DNA of 64,000 nucleotides from Bacteroidota bacterium. GTDB taxonomy: Bacteria > Bacteroidota > Bacteroidia > Flavobacteriales > Weeksellaceae. Location of the stretch: assembly GCA_023440705.1 (NCBI GenBank), contig JAEXRP010000077.1, forward strand, positions 5,518 through 69,517. Direction: 5' to 3'. Positions 30,157 through 40,180 of this stretch are shown here, in pieces (position 1 is the stretch's first letter; each line of letters starts with the position of its first letter). A model generated the notes under the pieces. It did no database searches and was not told where the DNA came from. It saw only the letters and a list, made by a program, of their open reading frames with translations. The translations under genes and the position numbers were made by a program.

Positions 30157-31467
30157 TTGAATATTACTATTGTAGGAACTGGTTATGTAGGTCTCGTAAC
30201 TGGTACAACACTAGCAGAATTAGGCAATTCTGTATATTGTGTGGACATAGATGAAAAAAAAGTTGAAGGCATGAAGAAAGGCATCGTACCAATCTACGAG
30301 CCTAATCTTGAAGAAATGTTCCTTCGAAACATCCATGCTAACAGATTACATTTCACAACCAATTTAAAAGAAGCTTTAGACAAAAGCGAAGTTATTTATC
30401 TTGCCTTACCAACGCCTCCGGGTGAAGATGGTTCTGCAGATTTATCTTACGTTCTAAAAGTTGCAAATGACATTGGCGAAATGATGACCGAATATAAAGT
30501 TGTTGTTAACAAATCAACTGTTCCGGTTGGCACTGCTGACAAAGTAACTGCTGTTGTTGCTTCTAAAACTGATTTGCCTTTTGATGTTGTATCGAATCCC
30601 GAATTCTTGAGAGAAGGTTTTGCTGTTGAAGACTCGATGAATCCAGCAAGAGTTGTTGTAGGTTGTAGTTCTGACAAAGCAAAAAACATTATGGCTCAAA
30701 TTTATCAGCCATTTACCAATACAGGTGTTCCTATTATTTTCATGGACGAAAAATCTTCGGAATTAACAAAATATGCTGCCAACTCCTTCCTCGCTGTTAA
30801 AATCACCTTCATGAACGAAATCGCAAACTATTGCGAATTGGTTGGTGCTGATGTTGACAAAGTAAGATTGGGTATGGGAAGTGATGATCGTATTGGTCAT
30901 AGATTCTTGTTCCCTGGTATTGGATATGGCGGATCTTGCTTTCCGAAAGATGTGAAAGCTTTGATTAAATCTGGACAAGATGAGAATTTCAAATTCCAAA
31001 TTTTGGAATCGACAGAAGCGGTTAACAATGCACAAAAAGTGATCTTAACAAAAGATATCGAAAAATATTTCAACGATTTAAAAGGTAAAAAAATCGCACT
31101 TTGGGGCTTAGCTTTTAAAGCAAATACTGATGATATTCGTGAAGCTTCTTCACTTGATAATATTAAATTATTGTTAGAAAAAGGAGCAAAAGTAACAGCT
31201 TACGACAAAATTGCTGAAGCTAATGTTCGCAATGTTATTGGTGACCAAATCGAATATGCAGAAGATATGTATGCTGCACTAGAAGATGCAGACTGTTTAT
31301 TAATCGCAACCGAATGGCCAGAATTTAAAAATCCTAATTTTGATCTAATGGCTTCAAAAATGAAAAATAAAATTATTTTTGATGGACGTAATATGTTCCC
31401 GTTAGAAGTTCCGGAACAACATGGCTTCTTCTACAAGTCTATAGGTCGTAAAACAATTAATAACTAA
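30157..31467 (+). CDS. ugd: UDP-glucose 6-dehydrogenase
   Basis: GTGYVG, KSTVPVGT, NPEFLREG, KYAANSFLA, GYGGSCFPKD, GLAFKANTDDIRE; TTG start. Confidence 0.93.
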   Translation: MNITIVGTGYVGLVTGTTLAELGNSVYCVDIDEKKVEGMKKGIVPIYEPNLEEMFLRNIHANRLHFTTNLKEALDKSEVIYLALPTPPGEDGSADLSYVLKVANDIGEMMTEYKVVVNKSTVPVGTADKVTAVVASKTDLPFDVVSNPEFLREGFAVEDSMNPARVVVGCSSDKAKNIMAQIYQPFTNTGVPIIFMDEKSSELTKYAANSFLAVKITFMNEIANYCELVGADVDKVRLGMGSDDRIGHRFLFPGIGYGGSCFPKDVKALIKSGQDENFKFQILESTEAVNNAQKVILTKDIEKYFNDLKGKKIALWGLAFKANTDDIREASSLDNIKLLLEKGAKVTAYDKIAEANVRNVIGDQIEYAEDMYAALEDADCLLIATEWPEFKNPNFDLMASKMKNKIIFDGRNMFPLEVPEQHGFFYKSIGRKTINN

Positions 31468-31475
31468 TTTTTAGA

Positions 31476-32555
31476 ATGAAAAATATCATCATTACTGGTG
31501 GCGCTGGTTTTATCGGTTCTCACGTTGTTAGAGAATTTGTAAAAAATCTCCCAAACACTAATATTATCAATCTGGACGCCTTAACTTATGCAGGTAATCT
31601 AGAAAACCTAAAAGATATCGAAAATGAACCAAACTACATTTTCGAAAAAGCTGATATTACAAAACCTGAGGAACTAAGAAAGGTTTTTGAAAAGCATAAT
31701 CCAGATGCTGTTATACATTTAGCAGCGGAATCTCATGTTGATAGAAGTATCACGGACCCTAATGCATTTATCAACACCAATGTTAATGGTACTGCTAACT
31801 TATTAAATTTAGCGAAAGAGTTTTGGACTCTTAACCCCGACCACCAACATGGTAACTTCCCTGATGGACCAAGAACTAACTTGTTCTATCATGTTTCAAC
31901 AGACGAAGTATATGGCGCGTTAGGAGAAACTGGCTTCTTTACAGAAGAAACTTCTTATGATCCAAAATCACCTTATTCAGCGAGCAAAGCTGCGTCTGAC
32001 CACTTGGTAAGAGCTTACGGAAACACTTACGGAATGCCATTTATTGTATCTAATTGTTCTAATAATTATGGTCCAAATCACTTTCCTGAGAAATTGATTC
32101 CTCTTTGTCTTTTCAATATTTTAAATGAAAAACCGCTTCCAATCTATGGCGACGGAAAATACACAAGAGACTGGTTATATGTAATTGACCATGCAAAAGC
32201 TATTTTCCAAATTTTCCACGAAGCAAAGACTGGAGAAACTTACAATATTGGCGGTTGGAACGAGTGGCAAAACATCGATTTGGTTAAGGAATTAATTAAG
32301 CAAGTTGATGAAAAAACTGGAAAAGAAGCTGGTTACTCTGAGAAGTTAATTACTTTCGTTAAAGATAGACCTGGTCATGACAAGCGTTATGCAATTGATG
32401 CAACAAAGCTTAACAAAGATCTTGGGTGGAAGCCTTCTGTAACTTTTGAAGAAGGACTTTCTAAAACTATCGATTGGTTTTTGTCCAACAAAGAATGGTT
32501 AGAGAATGTAACTTCAGGAGATTATCAAAAATATTACAATAAACAATACTCCTAA
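31476..32555 (+). CDS. rfbB: dTDP-glucose 4,6-dehydratase
   Basis: [53 protein letters not shown]. Confidence 0.97.
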   Translation: MKNIIITGGAGFIGSHVVREFVKNLPNTNIINLDALTYAGNLENLKDIENEPNYIFEKADITKPEELRKVFEKHNPDAVIHLAAESHVDRSITDPNAFINTNVNGTANLLNLAKEFWTLNPDHQHGNFPDGPRTNLFYHVSTDEVYGALGETGFFTEETSYDPKSPYSASKAASDHLVRAYGNTYGMPFIVSNCSNNYGPNHFPEKLIPLCLFNILNEKPLPIYGDGKYTRDWLYVIDHAKAIFQIFHEAKTGETYNIGGWNEWQNIDLVKELIKQVDEKTGKEAGYSEKLITFVKDRPGHDKRYAIDATKLNKDLGWKPSVTFEEGLSKTIDWFLSNKEWLENVTSGDYQKYYNKQYS

Positions 32556-32568
32556 AACACAAACTTAT

Positions 32569-33429
32569 ATGAAAGGAATTATTCTAGCTGGTGGATCTGG
32601 CACAAGATTGTACCCATTAACAATCGCTGTTAGCAAGCAATTGATGCCTGTTTATGATAAGCCGATGATCTATTTTCCCATTTCGACATTATTACTTGCG
32701 GGGATTAGAGAGATTTTAATTATTACAACACCACATGATCAGGAAGCTTTCCAAAGACTTTTAGGTGATGGATCTCAAATTGGTTGTCGTTTTGAATATA
32801 AAGTTCAACCATCTCCTGATGGGCTAGCTCAAGCATTTATCCTTGGCGAGGAGTTTATTGGAGACGATTCTGTTGCTTTAGTTTTAGGCGATAACATTTT
32901 TTACGGTACTGGCTTACCTCAACTTCTAGAAAGTAAAACTAACGTTAAAGGAGGTTGTGTTTTTGCCTATCAAGTTTCTGATCCAGAGCGTTATGGTGTT
33001 GTAGAATTTGATGAAAACTACAATGCTCTTTCTATTGAAGAAAAACCAACTGAACCAAAATCAAATTTTGCGGTGCCTGGATTGTATTTTTATGACAATT
33101 CTGTTGTGGAATATGCAAAAAATTTGAAACCATCTCCACGTGGCGAACTAGAAATTACGGATATTAACAAAATATACCTTGAAAAAGGTGAATTAGAAGT
33201 TGGCGTAATGAGTAGAGGCACAGCTTGGTTGGATACAGGGACATTTGACTCTTTACACGAAGCTTCGGAATTTGTACGAGTTCTAGAGAAAAGACAAGGC
33301 TTCAAAATTTCTTGTATTGAAGAAATTGCATACCGCAAAGGTTTTATCAATGAAGAACAACTTTTAAAATCAGCAGAAAAATATGGCAAAAGTGGTTATG
33401 GTAGCTATCTAAAAAAATTGGTTAGATAA
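32569..33429 (+). CDS. rfbA: Glucose-1-phosphate thymidylyltransferase
   Basis: [49 protein letters not shown]. Confidence 0.98.
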   Translation: MKGIILAGGSGTRLYPLTIAVSKQLMPVYDKPMIYFPISTLLLAGIREILIITTPHDQEAFQRLLGDGSQIGCRFEYKVQPSPDGLAQAFILGEEFIGDDSVALVLGDNIFYGTGLPQLLESKTNVKGGCVFAYQVSDPERYGVVEFDENYNALSIEEKPTEPKSNFAVPGLYFYDNSVVEYAKNLKPSPRGELEITDINKIYLEKGELEVGVMSRGTAWLDTGTFDSLHEASEFVRVLEKRQGFKISCIEEIAYRKGFINEEQLLKSAEKYGKSGYGSYLKKLVR

Positions 33430-33431
33430 TT

Positions 33432-34289
33432 ATGAATAACACAATTGATGAAAACAACAAATGGAGCCAAACGATTGGCGCCAAACACTCTCTATTATCA
33501 CTAAACCTAAAAGAGGTTTGGCAATATCGAGATTTGGTCTATATGCTTGTGAAGCGAGATTTTGTAACCTCTTTTAAACAGACCGTTCTTGGTCCATTAT
33601 GGTTTTTTATAAATCCGATTTTTACAACAGTAATGTACGTTATTGTTTTCGGTAATATTGCAAATTTGTCAACTGATGGTGCACCTCAACTTGCATTCTA
33701 TCTGTCTGGAGTTACATTATGGAACTATTTTTCATCTTGCCTCAATAACACCTCAAATGTTTTTCGAGGGAATGCTTCCATATTTGGAAAGGTATATTTC
33801 CCAAGATTAGTAATGCCTTTAGCGATTGTAACGTCAAATTTGATGCAATTTGCTGTTCAGTTTGCTTTGTTTGTCTGTGTTATTATCTATTACACATTTT
33901 TGGGAGAGGTACATCCGAATATATGGTTATTGGCAACTCCTTTATTAATTATTTTGATGGCAGCTTTTGCAATGGGCGTCGGGATGATATTCTCCTCGAT
34001 GACAACCAAATATAAAGATTTAGCAATGCTACTAAGTTTTGGTGTCTCACTGTATATGTATGTAACACCTGTTGTCTACCCCGTTTCTGCAATGCCCGAA
34101 AAATATCGGTGGATAGCAGATATAAATCCATTGACCGGAATTTTTGAGTGTTTCAAATACGCTTACTTGGGAGTAGGTGATTTTAGTATTAGTATGTTAT
34201 TATACTCTGCAATCATAATATTTATTATTCTTGCAGTAGGAACCATAATATTCAACAAGGTTGAAAAATCTTTTATGGACACCGTTTAA
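33432..34289 (+). CDS. wzm: ABC-2 polysaccharide exporter permease
   Basis: YRDLVYMLVKRDF...KQTVLGPLW, KVYFPRL, TPVVYP, NPL; about six TM segments. Confidence 0.93.
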   Translation: MNNTIDENNKWSQTIGAKHSLLSLNLKEVWQYRDLVYMLVKRDFVTSFKQTVLGPLWFFINPIFTTVMYVIVFGNIANLSTDGAPQLAFYLSGVTLWNYFSSCLNNTSNVFRGNASIFGKVYFPRLVMPLAIVTSNLMQFAVQFALFVCVIIYYTFLGEVHPNIWLLATPLLIILMAAFAMGVGMIFSSMTTKYKDLAMLLSFGVSLYMYVTPVVYPVSAMPEKYRWIADINPLTGIFECFKYAYLGVGDFSISMLLYSAIIIFIILAVGTIIFNKVEKSFMDTV

Positions 34290-34311
34290 GTAAACCAATT
34301 GATGAAAAATT

Positions 34312-35580
34312 ATGAGTGAAAATATTATTCTAGATATTGAAAATGTATCCAAACAATATCGTCTTGGCGAGGTAGGTACCGGTTCCTTGCAGCATGATCT
34401 AAAACGCTGGTGGGCTAACATAAGAGGTAAAGAAGACCCATTTTTAAAAATTGGCGAAACTAACGATCGCACACAGAAAGGCGAGTCAGATTACGTTTGG
34501 GCACTTAAAGATATTAACTTTAAAGTAGAACAGGGGCAAGCGGTTGGTATCATTGGAAGAAATGGTGCCGGAAAATCGACACTCTTAAAATTGCTTTCTA
34601 GAGTTACTAAGCCAACGACAGGTACTATTAAATACAAAGGACGTATTGCATCTTTGTTAGAAGTAGGTACAGGCTTCCATCCTGAAATGACGGGGCGTGA
34701 GAATATCTATCTAAATGGTGCTATCCTTGGTATGACAAGGAAAGAAATTACAAGAAAATTTGACGAAATTGTTGACTTTGCTGGTGTCGAAAGATATATT
34801 GATACTCCCGTAAAAAGATACTCTTCAGGGATGTACGTGCGCCTCGCTTTTGCTGTAGCTGCACATTTAGAATCCGAAATTTTAATTGTTGATGAAGTAT
34901 TAGCAGTTGGTGATGCTGAGTTTCAAAAAAAATGCCTTGGCAAAATGGGAGATGTTACCAAAGGCGAAGGTAGAACCGTTTTGTTTGTAAGCCATAATAT
35001 GACTGCGGTTAAAGAACTTTGCAATAACGGCATCTTAATGAAATATGGTCAAATTGCACACCAAGGAGACATTCTTGAAACAATACTAGAATATCAAAAA
35101 GACTATGAGCTTTCCACAACCTACTTAGCAGAAAGCTTTGAAACAGCTGTAGGAAATGACAATATCAGAATTTTAGAATTCTCGGCAAAGCCAATAACTG
35201 GGAAACTACTAGATATCGAATCTGGTGTTCGTGTTAAGTTAAAGTTTTATAATGCCTTACCCAATATTAATCTTGATGCAACTTTCGAATTAAGAAATTT
35301 CGAAGAGCTTGTTGTTTATCACGTTGGCAAATTAATCACAGAGAATAACGATTCGAAAACTGGTATATATACAGTAGAGTTTGACATGCCTCCTAGTATG
35401 CTAAATACGGGCAATTACTATTTTAAATTAATTTTTGGTAAAAACCAAAGTGAATTGTTATTTGGAATCGACAATCTTATCGGCTTTGAAGTAGAAAACG
35501 TAAAAGTAGGCGTTAAAACACACATCTATCCTGGTGTTATTAGACCTAATTTTGATTATAAAATAGATTTTCAGCAATGA
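34312..35580 (+). CDS. wzt: Polysaccharide exporter ATPase with C-terminal carbohydrate-binding-type domain
   Basis: GRNGAGKST, GFHPEMTGREN, YSSGMYVRLAF, VDEVLAVGD; extra beta-rich C-terminal region (422 aa total). Confidence 0.93.
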   Translation: MSENIILDIENVSKQYRLGEVGTGSLQHDLKRWWANIRGKEDPFLKIGETNDRTQKGESDYVWALKDINFKVEQGQAVGIIGRNGAGKSTLLKLLSRVTKPTTGTIKYKGRIASLLEVGTGFHPEMTGRENIYLNGAILGMTRKEITRKFDEIVDFAGVERYIDTPVKRYSSGMYVRLAFAVAAHLESEILIVDEVLAVGDAEFQKKCLGKMGDVTKGEGRTVLFVSHNMTAVKELCNNGILMKYGQIAHQGDILETILEYQKDYELSTTYLAESFETAVGNDNIRILEFSAKPITGKLLDIESGVRVKLKFYNALPNINLDATFELRNFEELVVYHVGKLITENNDSKTGIYTVEFDMPPSMLNTGNYYFKLIFGKNQSELLFGIDNLIGFEVENVKVGVKTHIYPGVIRPNFDYKIDFQQ

Positions 35581-35978
35581 AAAAACCTCAAATCATAAGT
35601 TTAGATCAAATAGGTTCTTCAAGTTTAGGGTTTATTACAATTGCCGAAGCTCAAAAAAATATACCTTTTGACATAAAGCGGGTCTATTGGACTTATTATA
35701 CACCACAAGATGTTGTAAGGGGTGGACATGCCCATAAAGCTTTGGAGCAAGTTATTTTCGCAGTCTCTGGTGTTATAACATTCAACACGGAGGATCTCGA
35801 AGGTAATAAAGTAACATTTGTGCTAGACCACCCATCAAAAGGTCTTTATCTTCCAAAATTAATATGGCGTGACATCCACTTTACGCATAGTGCAGTTTTG
35901 TTATGTTTAGCTTCGCAATATTATACTGAAGAAGATTATTTTAGGGATTTCGAAGAATTTAAAAAAACACTAAGATGA
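35577..35978 (+). CDS. dTDP-4-keto-6-deoxyhexose 3,4-ketoisomerase (FdtA/QdtA cupin)
   Basis: IPFDIKRVYW, RGGHAH, LLCLASQYY..DYFR; ATGA overlap with wzt. Confidence 0.88.
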   Translation: MKKPQIISLDQIGSSSLGFITIAEAQKNIPFDIKRVYWTYYTPQDVVRGGHAHKALEQVIFAVSGVITFNTEDLEGNKVTFVLDHPSKGLYLPKLIWRDIHFTHSAVLLCLASQYYTEEDYFRDFEEFKKTLR

Positions 35979-36754
35979 AATTTAATAACCGAAATGTATT
36001 TGTCAGTCCAAAAGCTAGGATTGGTAAAAATGTAAGGATTGGGGATAATAGCGTTATCTACGACAATGTTACCATTGGAGATAACTCTATAATATGCAAT
36101 GATTGCGTTATTGGAGAGCCTACAAATGATTATTATTATAAAGACAACTACCAAAATCCTGAAACCATTATTGGAGAAGGATCTATGATACGTAGTCACA
36201 CGATCTTATATGCTGGATCAACTTTTGGCAAAAACTTTTCAACTGGTCATCGTGTTACCGTTAGAGAACAATCTAAGTTCGGTGATAATTGCAGGCTCGG
36301 AACTGTCACTGATATCCAAGGCTATGTAGAGTTTGGTAATAACTGCTGGCTCCATAGTAATGTTCATATAGGGCAGCAATCAAAAATAGGAAATTTTGTA
36401 TTTATATATCCATATGTTGTTTTAACGAATGACCCTACTCCACCATCTAACATTTGCGTTGGCGCAACTATTGGCGACTTTTCTCAAATTGCAGTTGGAA
36501 CTGTTCTACTTCCTAAAACAAAAATCGGCAAGCATTCTTTAGTTGGCGCCCAGTCTCTAGTAGGTGGTTCTTATGAAGATTACTCTTTAATTGCAGGAAA
36601 TCCTGGAAAATTTATTAAAGATATTCGAGAATTAAAATCTAGAGAAACGGGAGATAGTCATTATCCTTGGCCATACAATTTCGATAGAGGAATGCCTTGG
36701 CAAGAAGAAGGCTTTGAAAGTTGGAAATTAAAAAATGGCTATGAAAATGATTAA
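35975..36754 (+). CDS. Left-handed beta-helix N-acyltransferase (QdtC/WbpD-like)
   Basis: Many hexapeptide repeats (IGKNVR, IGDNSV, IGDNSI), LTNDP, GNPG; ATGA overlap with the cupin. Confidence 0.85.
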   Translation: MKFNNRNVFVSPKARIGKNVRIGDNSVIYDNVTIGDNSIICNDCVIGEPTNDYYYKDNYQNPETIIGEGSMIRSHTILYAGSTFGKNFSTGHRVTVREQSKFGDNCRLGTVTDIQGYVEFGNNCWLHSNVHIGQQSKIGNFVFIYPYVVLTNDPTPPSNICVGATIGDFSQIAVGTVLLPKTKIGKHSLVGAQSLVGGSYEDYSLIAGNPGKFIKDIRELKSRETGDSHYPWPYNFDRGMPWQEEGFESWKLKNGYEND

Positions 36755-36770
36755 ATCTTTTCATAGCCAT
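36735..36770. repeat. 13-bp inverted repeat spanning the stop codon of the acyltransferase
   Basis: ATGGCTATGAAAA(36735-36747)/TTTTCATAGCCAT(36758-36770). Confidence 0.7.
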
Positions 36771-36989
36771 CATAAACAATTTTACTTTTTTAACTACATT
36801 ATGAATCCATAATCTTAGATTTTATCTATTTTTCTTGTGTTAACCTTTTTGTCACACTAGTCGCTACGCGTATTTAGTTTTATAATATTTCTTAAAATAT
36901 GCTGCGAAACAAAATCTAGTATTCCAAATTGGCATCCTCGTTTCTGTTTGAGGTCACTATAACAAATGAATTATTTCAACTTTTAAACT

Positions 36990-38846
36990 ATGTCAAAAAA
37001 TTTCCGTTATGATATTTCTTTTTTGCGAGTAGTTGCAGTAATATCTGTTATACTATTTCATTATGATTTTTCATTCTTCAATGGCGGATTTGTTGGGGTT
37101 GATATATTCTTTGTAATCTCTGGCTACTTGATGACAAAAATTATCTTAACGGGGTTCGAGAAAAATAACTTTAATATTGTAGAATTCTATAAAAGACGAA
37201 TCAATCGAATTATCCCTGCGTTACTAGCAACAATTTTGCTCTTTGGTTTCGCAATATTTTTTATTATCCCAACACAGTTTGTTTCATATTTGCAAAGTGC
37301 GTTTTCTAGTAGCTTGTTCTATTCCAATATCTATTATTATCGCAATATTGGCTATTTTGACCAAGCTTCACATAACAATTTTTTGCTCCACACTTGGTCT
37401 TTATCTGTAGAATGGCAGTTCTACATGGTATATCCATTAATTTTGTTGCCTTTTAAAAAAATCTATAAAAGACATCCAAAAATTTTCATAGGAATATTTG
37501 GTGTCCTTACTTTGACCTCTTTTGTAGGAATGCTTTTACATTCTATTAATGATCAAAGCTATAGTTTTTACATTACCTATACACGTGCATGGGAAATGCT
37601 TGCTGGTGGCATCATTTTTTTAAATGATAAAAAACTAAATAATATAAAACCAAAAGCAAAGGTCTTCATTACTATTTTGTCGTTGCTTACTTTCGTGTAT
37701 TTCTTTAAAAATGCTGATGCTGCTAATTGGCCTTCAATTAAGTCTATTTTTCCAGTGCTGGCAACAGCATTTATTATTGGTGTACAATCTAACTACAACA
37801 TATACAAAAGCAAAATAATTACCTATCTAGGAGATTTGTCTTATTCACTATATCTCTATCATTGGCCTTTGTACGTTTTCAGTCTATTTTTCGAACTTAA
37901 TCATCGTATATCTTTCAAGCTGTGTTTTATCGCACTATCATTTGTCTTGGCAGCCTTGTCCTATCATTTCATAGAAAAAAAATCTTATAGTGGAAAATCG
38001 AGATATATTGTTGCAGGATCTCTACTCATTTTCGTAGTTGGCTTTGGTCTTAGCAATATTAATCCCAGCAAATATTTGGGCGAAAATGGGAACCTAGCAT
38101 TTGCAGTAACAAGATATAAAAAGGAAAATGCAATCCTCCAATACAATCTTGGTACAAGACATGTCACTGACAAAACAGATTATTACACATTTAACAAAGA
38201 TTTCTTATATCAGTTTTCCAAAAACGGACAAAAAAATGTAATATTACTAGGCGATAGTCATGCAGGTATGTTTGCAAAGACCTTTGAAAACATAAGTAAA
38301 GAATGTGGATTCAATCTCATCCAGATAACTGCAGATGCTACGTATCCAATGCTTAATGCTAACACGAAATTTCCAAATTCTCGTCTTTACTTTAACTATA
38401 TTTTTGAAAAGTACATACCATCTGTCTTTAATAAAATAGATTTGGTTATTATCAGCTCAAACTATAATGTGTACCATGATGATACATTATTGAAAAATAT
38501 TAGTTTTACCCAGAACTACTTTACAAAATACAAAATTCCGTATTTTTTTCTTGGACAGACAGATCGATACTATTTGGATTTCCCTACCAATTACTATCTC
38601 AATAAAACCTATAGTATAAATTACTACCAAACTAAAAGATCTTTACAACGATCTTCTGACTGCAATACAAAATTAAAGGGCATTTTACAAAATACCTATT
38701 TTGACCTACAAAATCTACCAATTGAAAAAGTATCAAAAGACGAAAAACCTTATATTTACGATTCGGATCATCTCTCATATTATGGTACCGAACAATATAA
38801 AGCGTACATAAAAAAAGAAATTCAGAACTATCTGAAAGCTAAATAA
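36990..38846 (+). CDS. OafA/OatA-like O-acetyltransferase (acyltransferase_3 + SGNH domain)
   Basis: DISFLRVVAV, GGFVGVDIFFVISGYLM, HTWSLSVEWQFY, SYSLYLYHWP; SGNH LLGDSHA and DSDH. Confidence 0.92.
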   Translation: MSKNFRYDISFLRVVAVISVILFHYDFSFFNGGFVGVDIFFVISGYLMTKIILTGFEKNNFNIVEFYKRRINRIIPALLATILLFGFAIFFIIPTQFVSYLQSAFSSSLFYSNIYYYRNIGYFDQASHNNFLLHTWSLSVEWQFYMVYPLILLPFKKIYKRHPKIFIGIFGVLTLTSFVGMLLHSINDQSYSFYITYTRAWEMLAGGIIFLNDKKLNNIKPKAKVFITILSLLTFVYFFKNADAANWPSIKSIFPVLATAFIIGVQSNYNIYKSKIITYLGDLSYSLYLYHWPLYVFSLFFELNHRISFKLCFIALSFVLAALSYHFIEKKSYSGKSRYIVAGSLLIFVVGFGLSNINPSKYLGENGNLAFAVTRYKKENAILQYNLGTRHVTDKTDYYTFNKDFLYQFSKNGQKNVILLGDSHAGMFAKTFENISKECGFNLIQITADATYPMLNANTKFPNSRLYFNYIFEKYIPSVFNKIDLVIISSNYNVYHDDTLLKNISFTQNYFTKYKIPYFFLGQTDRYYLDFPTNYYLNKTYSINYYQTKRSLQRSSDCNTKLKGILQNTYFDLQNLPIEKVSKDEKPYIYDSDHLSYYGTEQYKAYIKKEIQNYLKAK

Positions 38847-38861
38847 ACAACTCTAAACACA

Positions 38862-39962
38862 ATGATAAAATTCCTTGACCTTCAGAAGATAAATTTAGTC
38901 CATCAACAAGAAATTGAACAAAAACTTCTAGAAGTTTTTCGTTCTGGTTGGTATCTCATGGGGGAAGAAGTTAAAAACTTCGAAAACAATCTAGCAAAAT
39001 ATACTGGGGCAAAGCATGCGATTGGTGTAGCCAATGGACTAGACGCTTTACGATTAATCTTCCGTGCCTACATAGAGTTAGGAATCATGAAGGCGGGTGA
39101 CGAGGTAATTGTTCCTGCTAATACTTATATTGCATCTATACTAGCACTTTCTGATAATGGATTAGTACCAATCTTAGTGGAGCCAGAAGATGCTACTTTT
39201 AATATAGACATCAGCAAAGTTGAAGCAGCTATTACATCCAAAACAAAAGCAATCTTAATAGTTCATCTACAAGGACGAATTGTCTTTAGTGATGAATTAA
39301 AATCTATTGCTAAAAAATACAACTTAAAAATTGTTGAAGACAATGCACAAGCAATTGGAGCTTCTTGGCAAGGCATTAAGTCTGGTAATCTTGGGGATGC
39401 AGCTGGATTCAGCTTTTATCCTGGAAAAAACCTTGGAGCACTTGGAGACGCTGGAGCTATAACCACAAATAATGATGATCTCGCAAAAACTATTCGTGCA
39501 ATTGCCAATTACGGCTCTAACCAAAAATATGTGAATATCTACAAAGGTCTCAACTCTAGACTAGACGAAATCCAAGCAGCTGTTTTGGATGTCAAACTAA
39601 AATATATTGATCAAGAAAATGCGGCAAGACGTGTAATTGCGAAACGCTTTTTATCCGAAATCAATAATCCTAAGATTATTTTACCAGAAAATCCTAAAGA
39701 TGAAAATGAACATGTATGGCATGTATTTGTATTAAGATCTAAAGAGCGAGATGCATTACAAAGCTATTTGACAGAAAAAGGTATCCAAACAATCATCCAC
39801 TATCCTATTCCGCCTCATCAACAGGAAGCCTATCGTGAGTTGCAACACCTTTCTTTCCCGATAACAGAAGATATGCACAACGAAGTCTTGAGTATACCAA
39901 TATCTTCAATTTTAACAAATGAAGAGGTTGCAGAAATCATCACAGTGATTAATTTGTTCTAA
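38862..39962 (+). CDS. DegT/DnrJ/EryC1/StrS PLP aminotransferase (FdtB/QdtB-like)
   Basis: [53 protein letters not shown]. Confidence 0.94.
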   Translation: MIKFLDLQKINLVHQQEIEQKLLEVFRSGWYLMGEEVKNFENNLAKYTGAKHAIGVANGLDALRLIFRAYIELGIMKAGDEVIVPANTYIASILALSDNGLVPILVEPEDATFNIDISKVEAAITSKTKAILIVHLQGRIVFSDELKSIAKKYNLKIVEDNAQAIGASWQGIKSGNLGDAAGFSFYPGKNLGALGDAGAITTNNDDLAKTIRAIANYGSNQKYVNIYKGLNSRLDEIQAAVLDVKLKYIDQENAARRVIAKRFLSEINNPKIILPENPKDENEHVWHVFVLRSKERDALQSYLTEKGIQTIIHYPIPPHQQEAYRELQHLSFPITEDMHNEVLSIPISSILTNEEVAEIITVINLF

Positions 39963-40180
39963 CCGCATTTGAATGACATTATAATAAAAATGCTAAATAA
40001 ATGCGAATAGATAATATTCTTTGAAACTAATAAAAATTACAACTGAATAATATGTTCTTGCACTTATTTGTGCATTTGTAGTTTTATTAAGTAAGACTAG
40101 AATCACCTATATTATTTTCAAAAAAATGATTTGACAAAATAATATAGCAGAAGTAATAATATCTTTTAAAACATTGCAAA

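Noticed and set aside
39963..40180. Possible sRNA in AT-rich gaps (also 36813-36989, 41738-41918, 55906-56079)
   Set aside because: Only short 5-7 bp dyads (e.g. CGCATTT/AAATGCG), expected by chance at this AT content; no promoter-terminator pair
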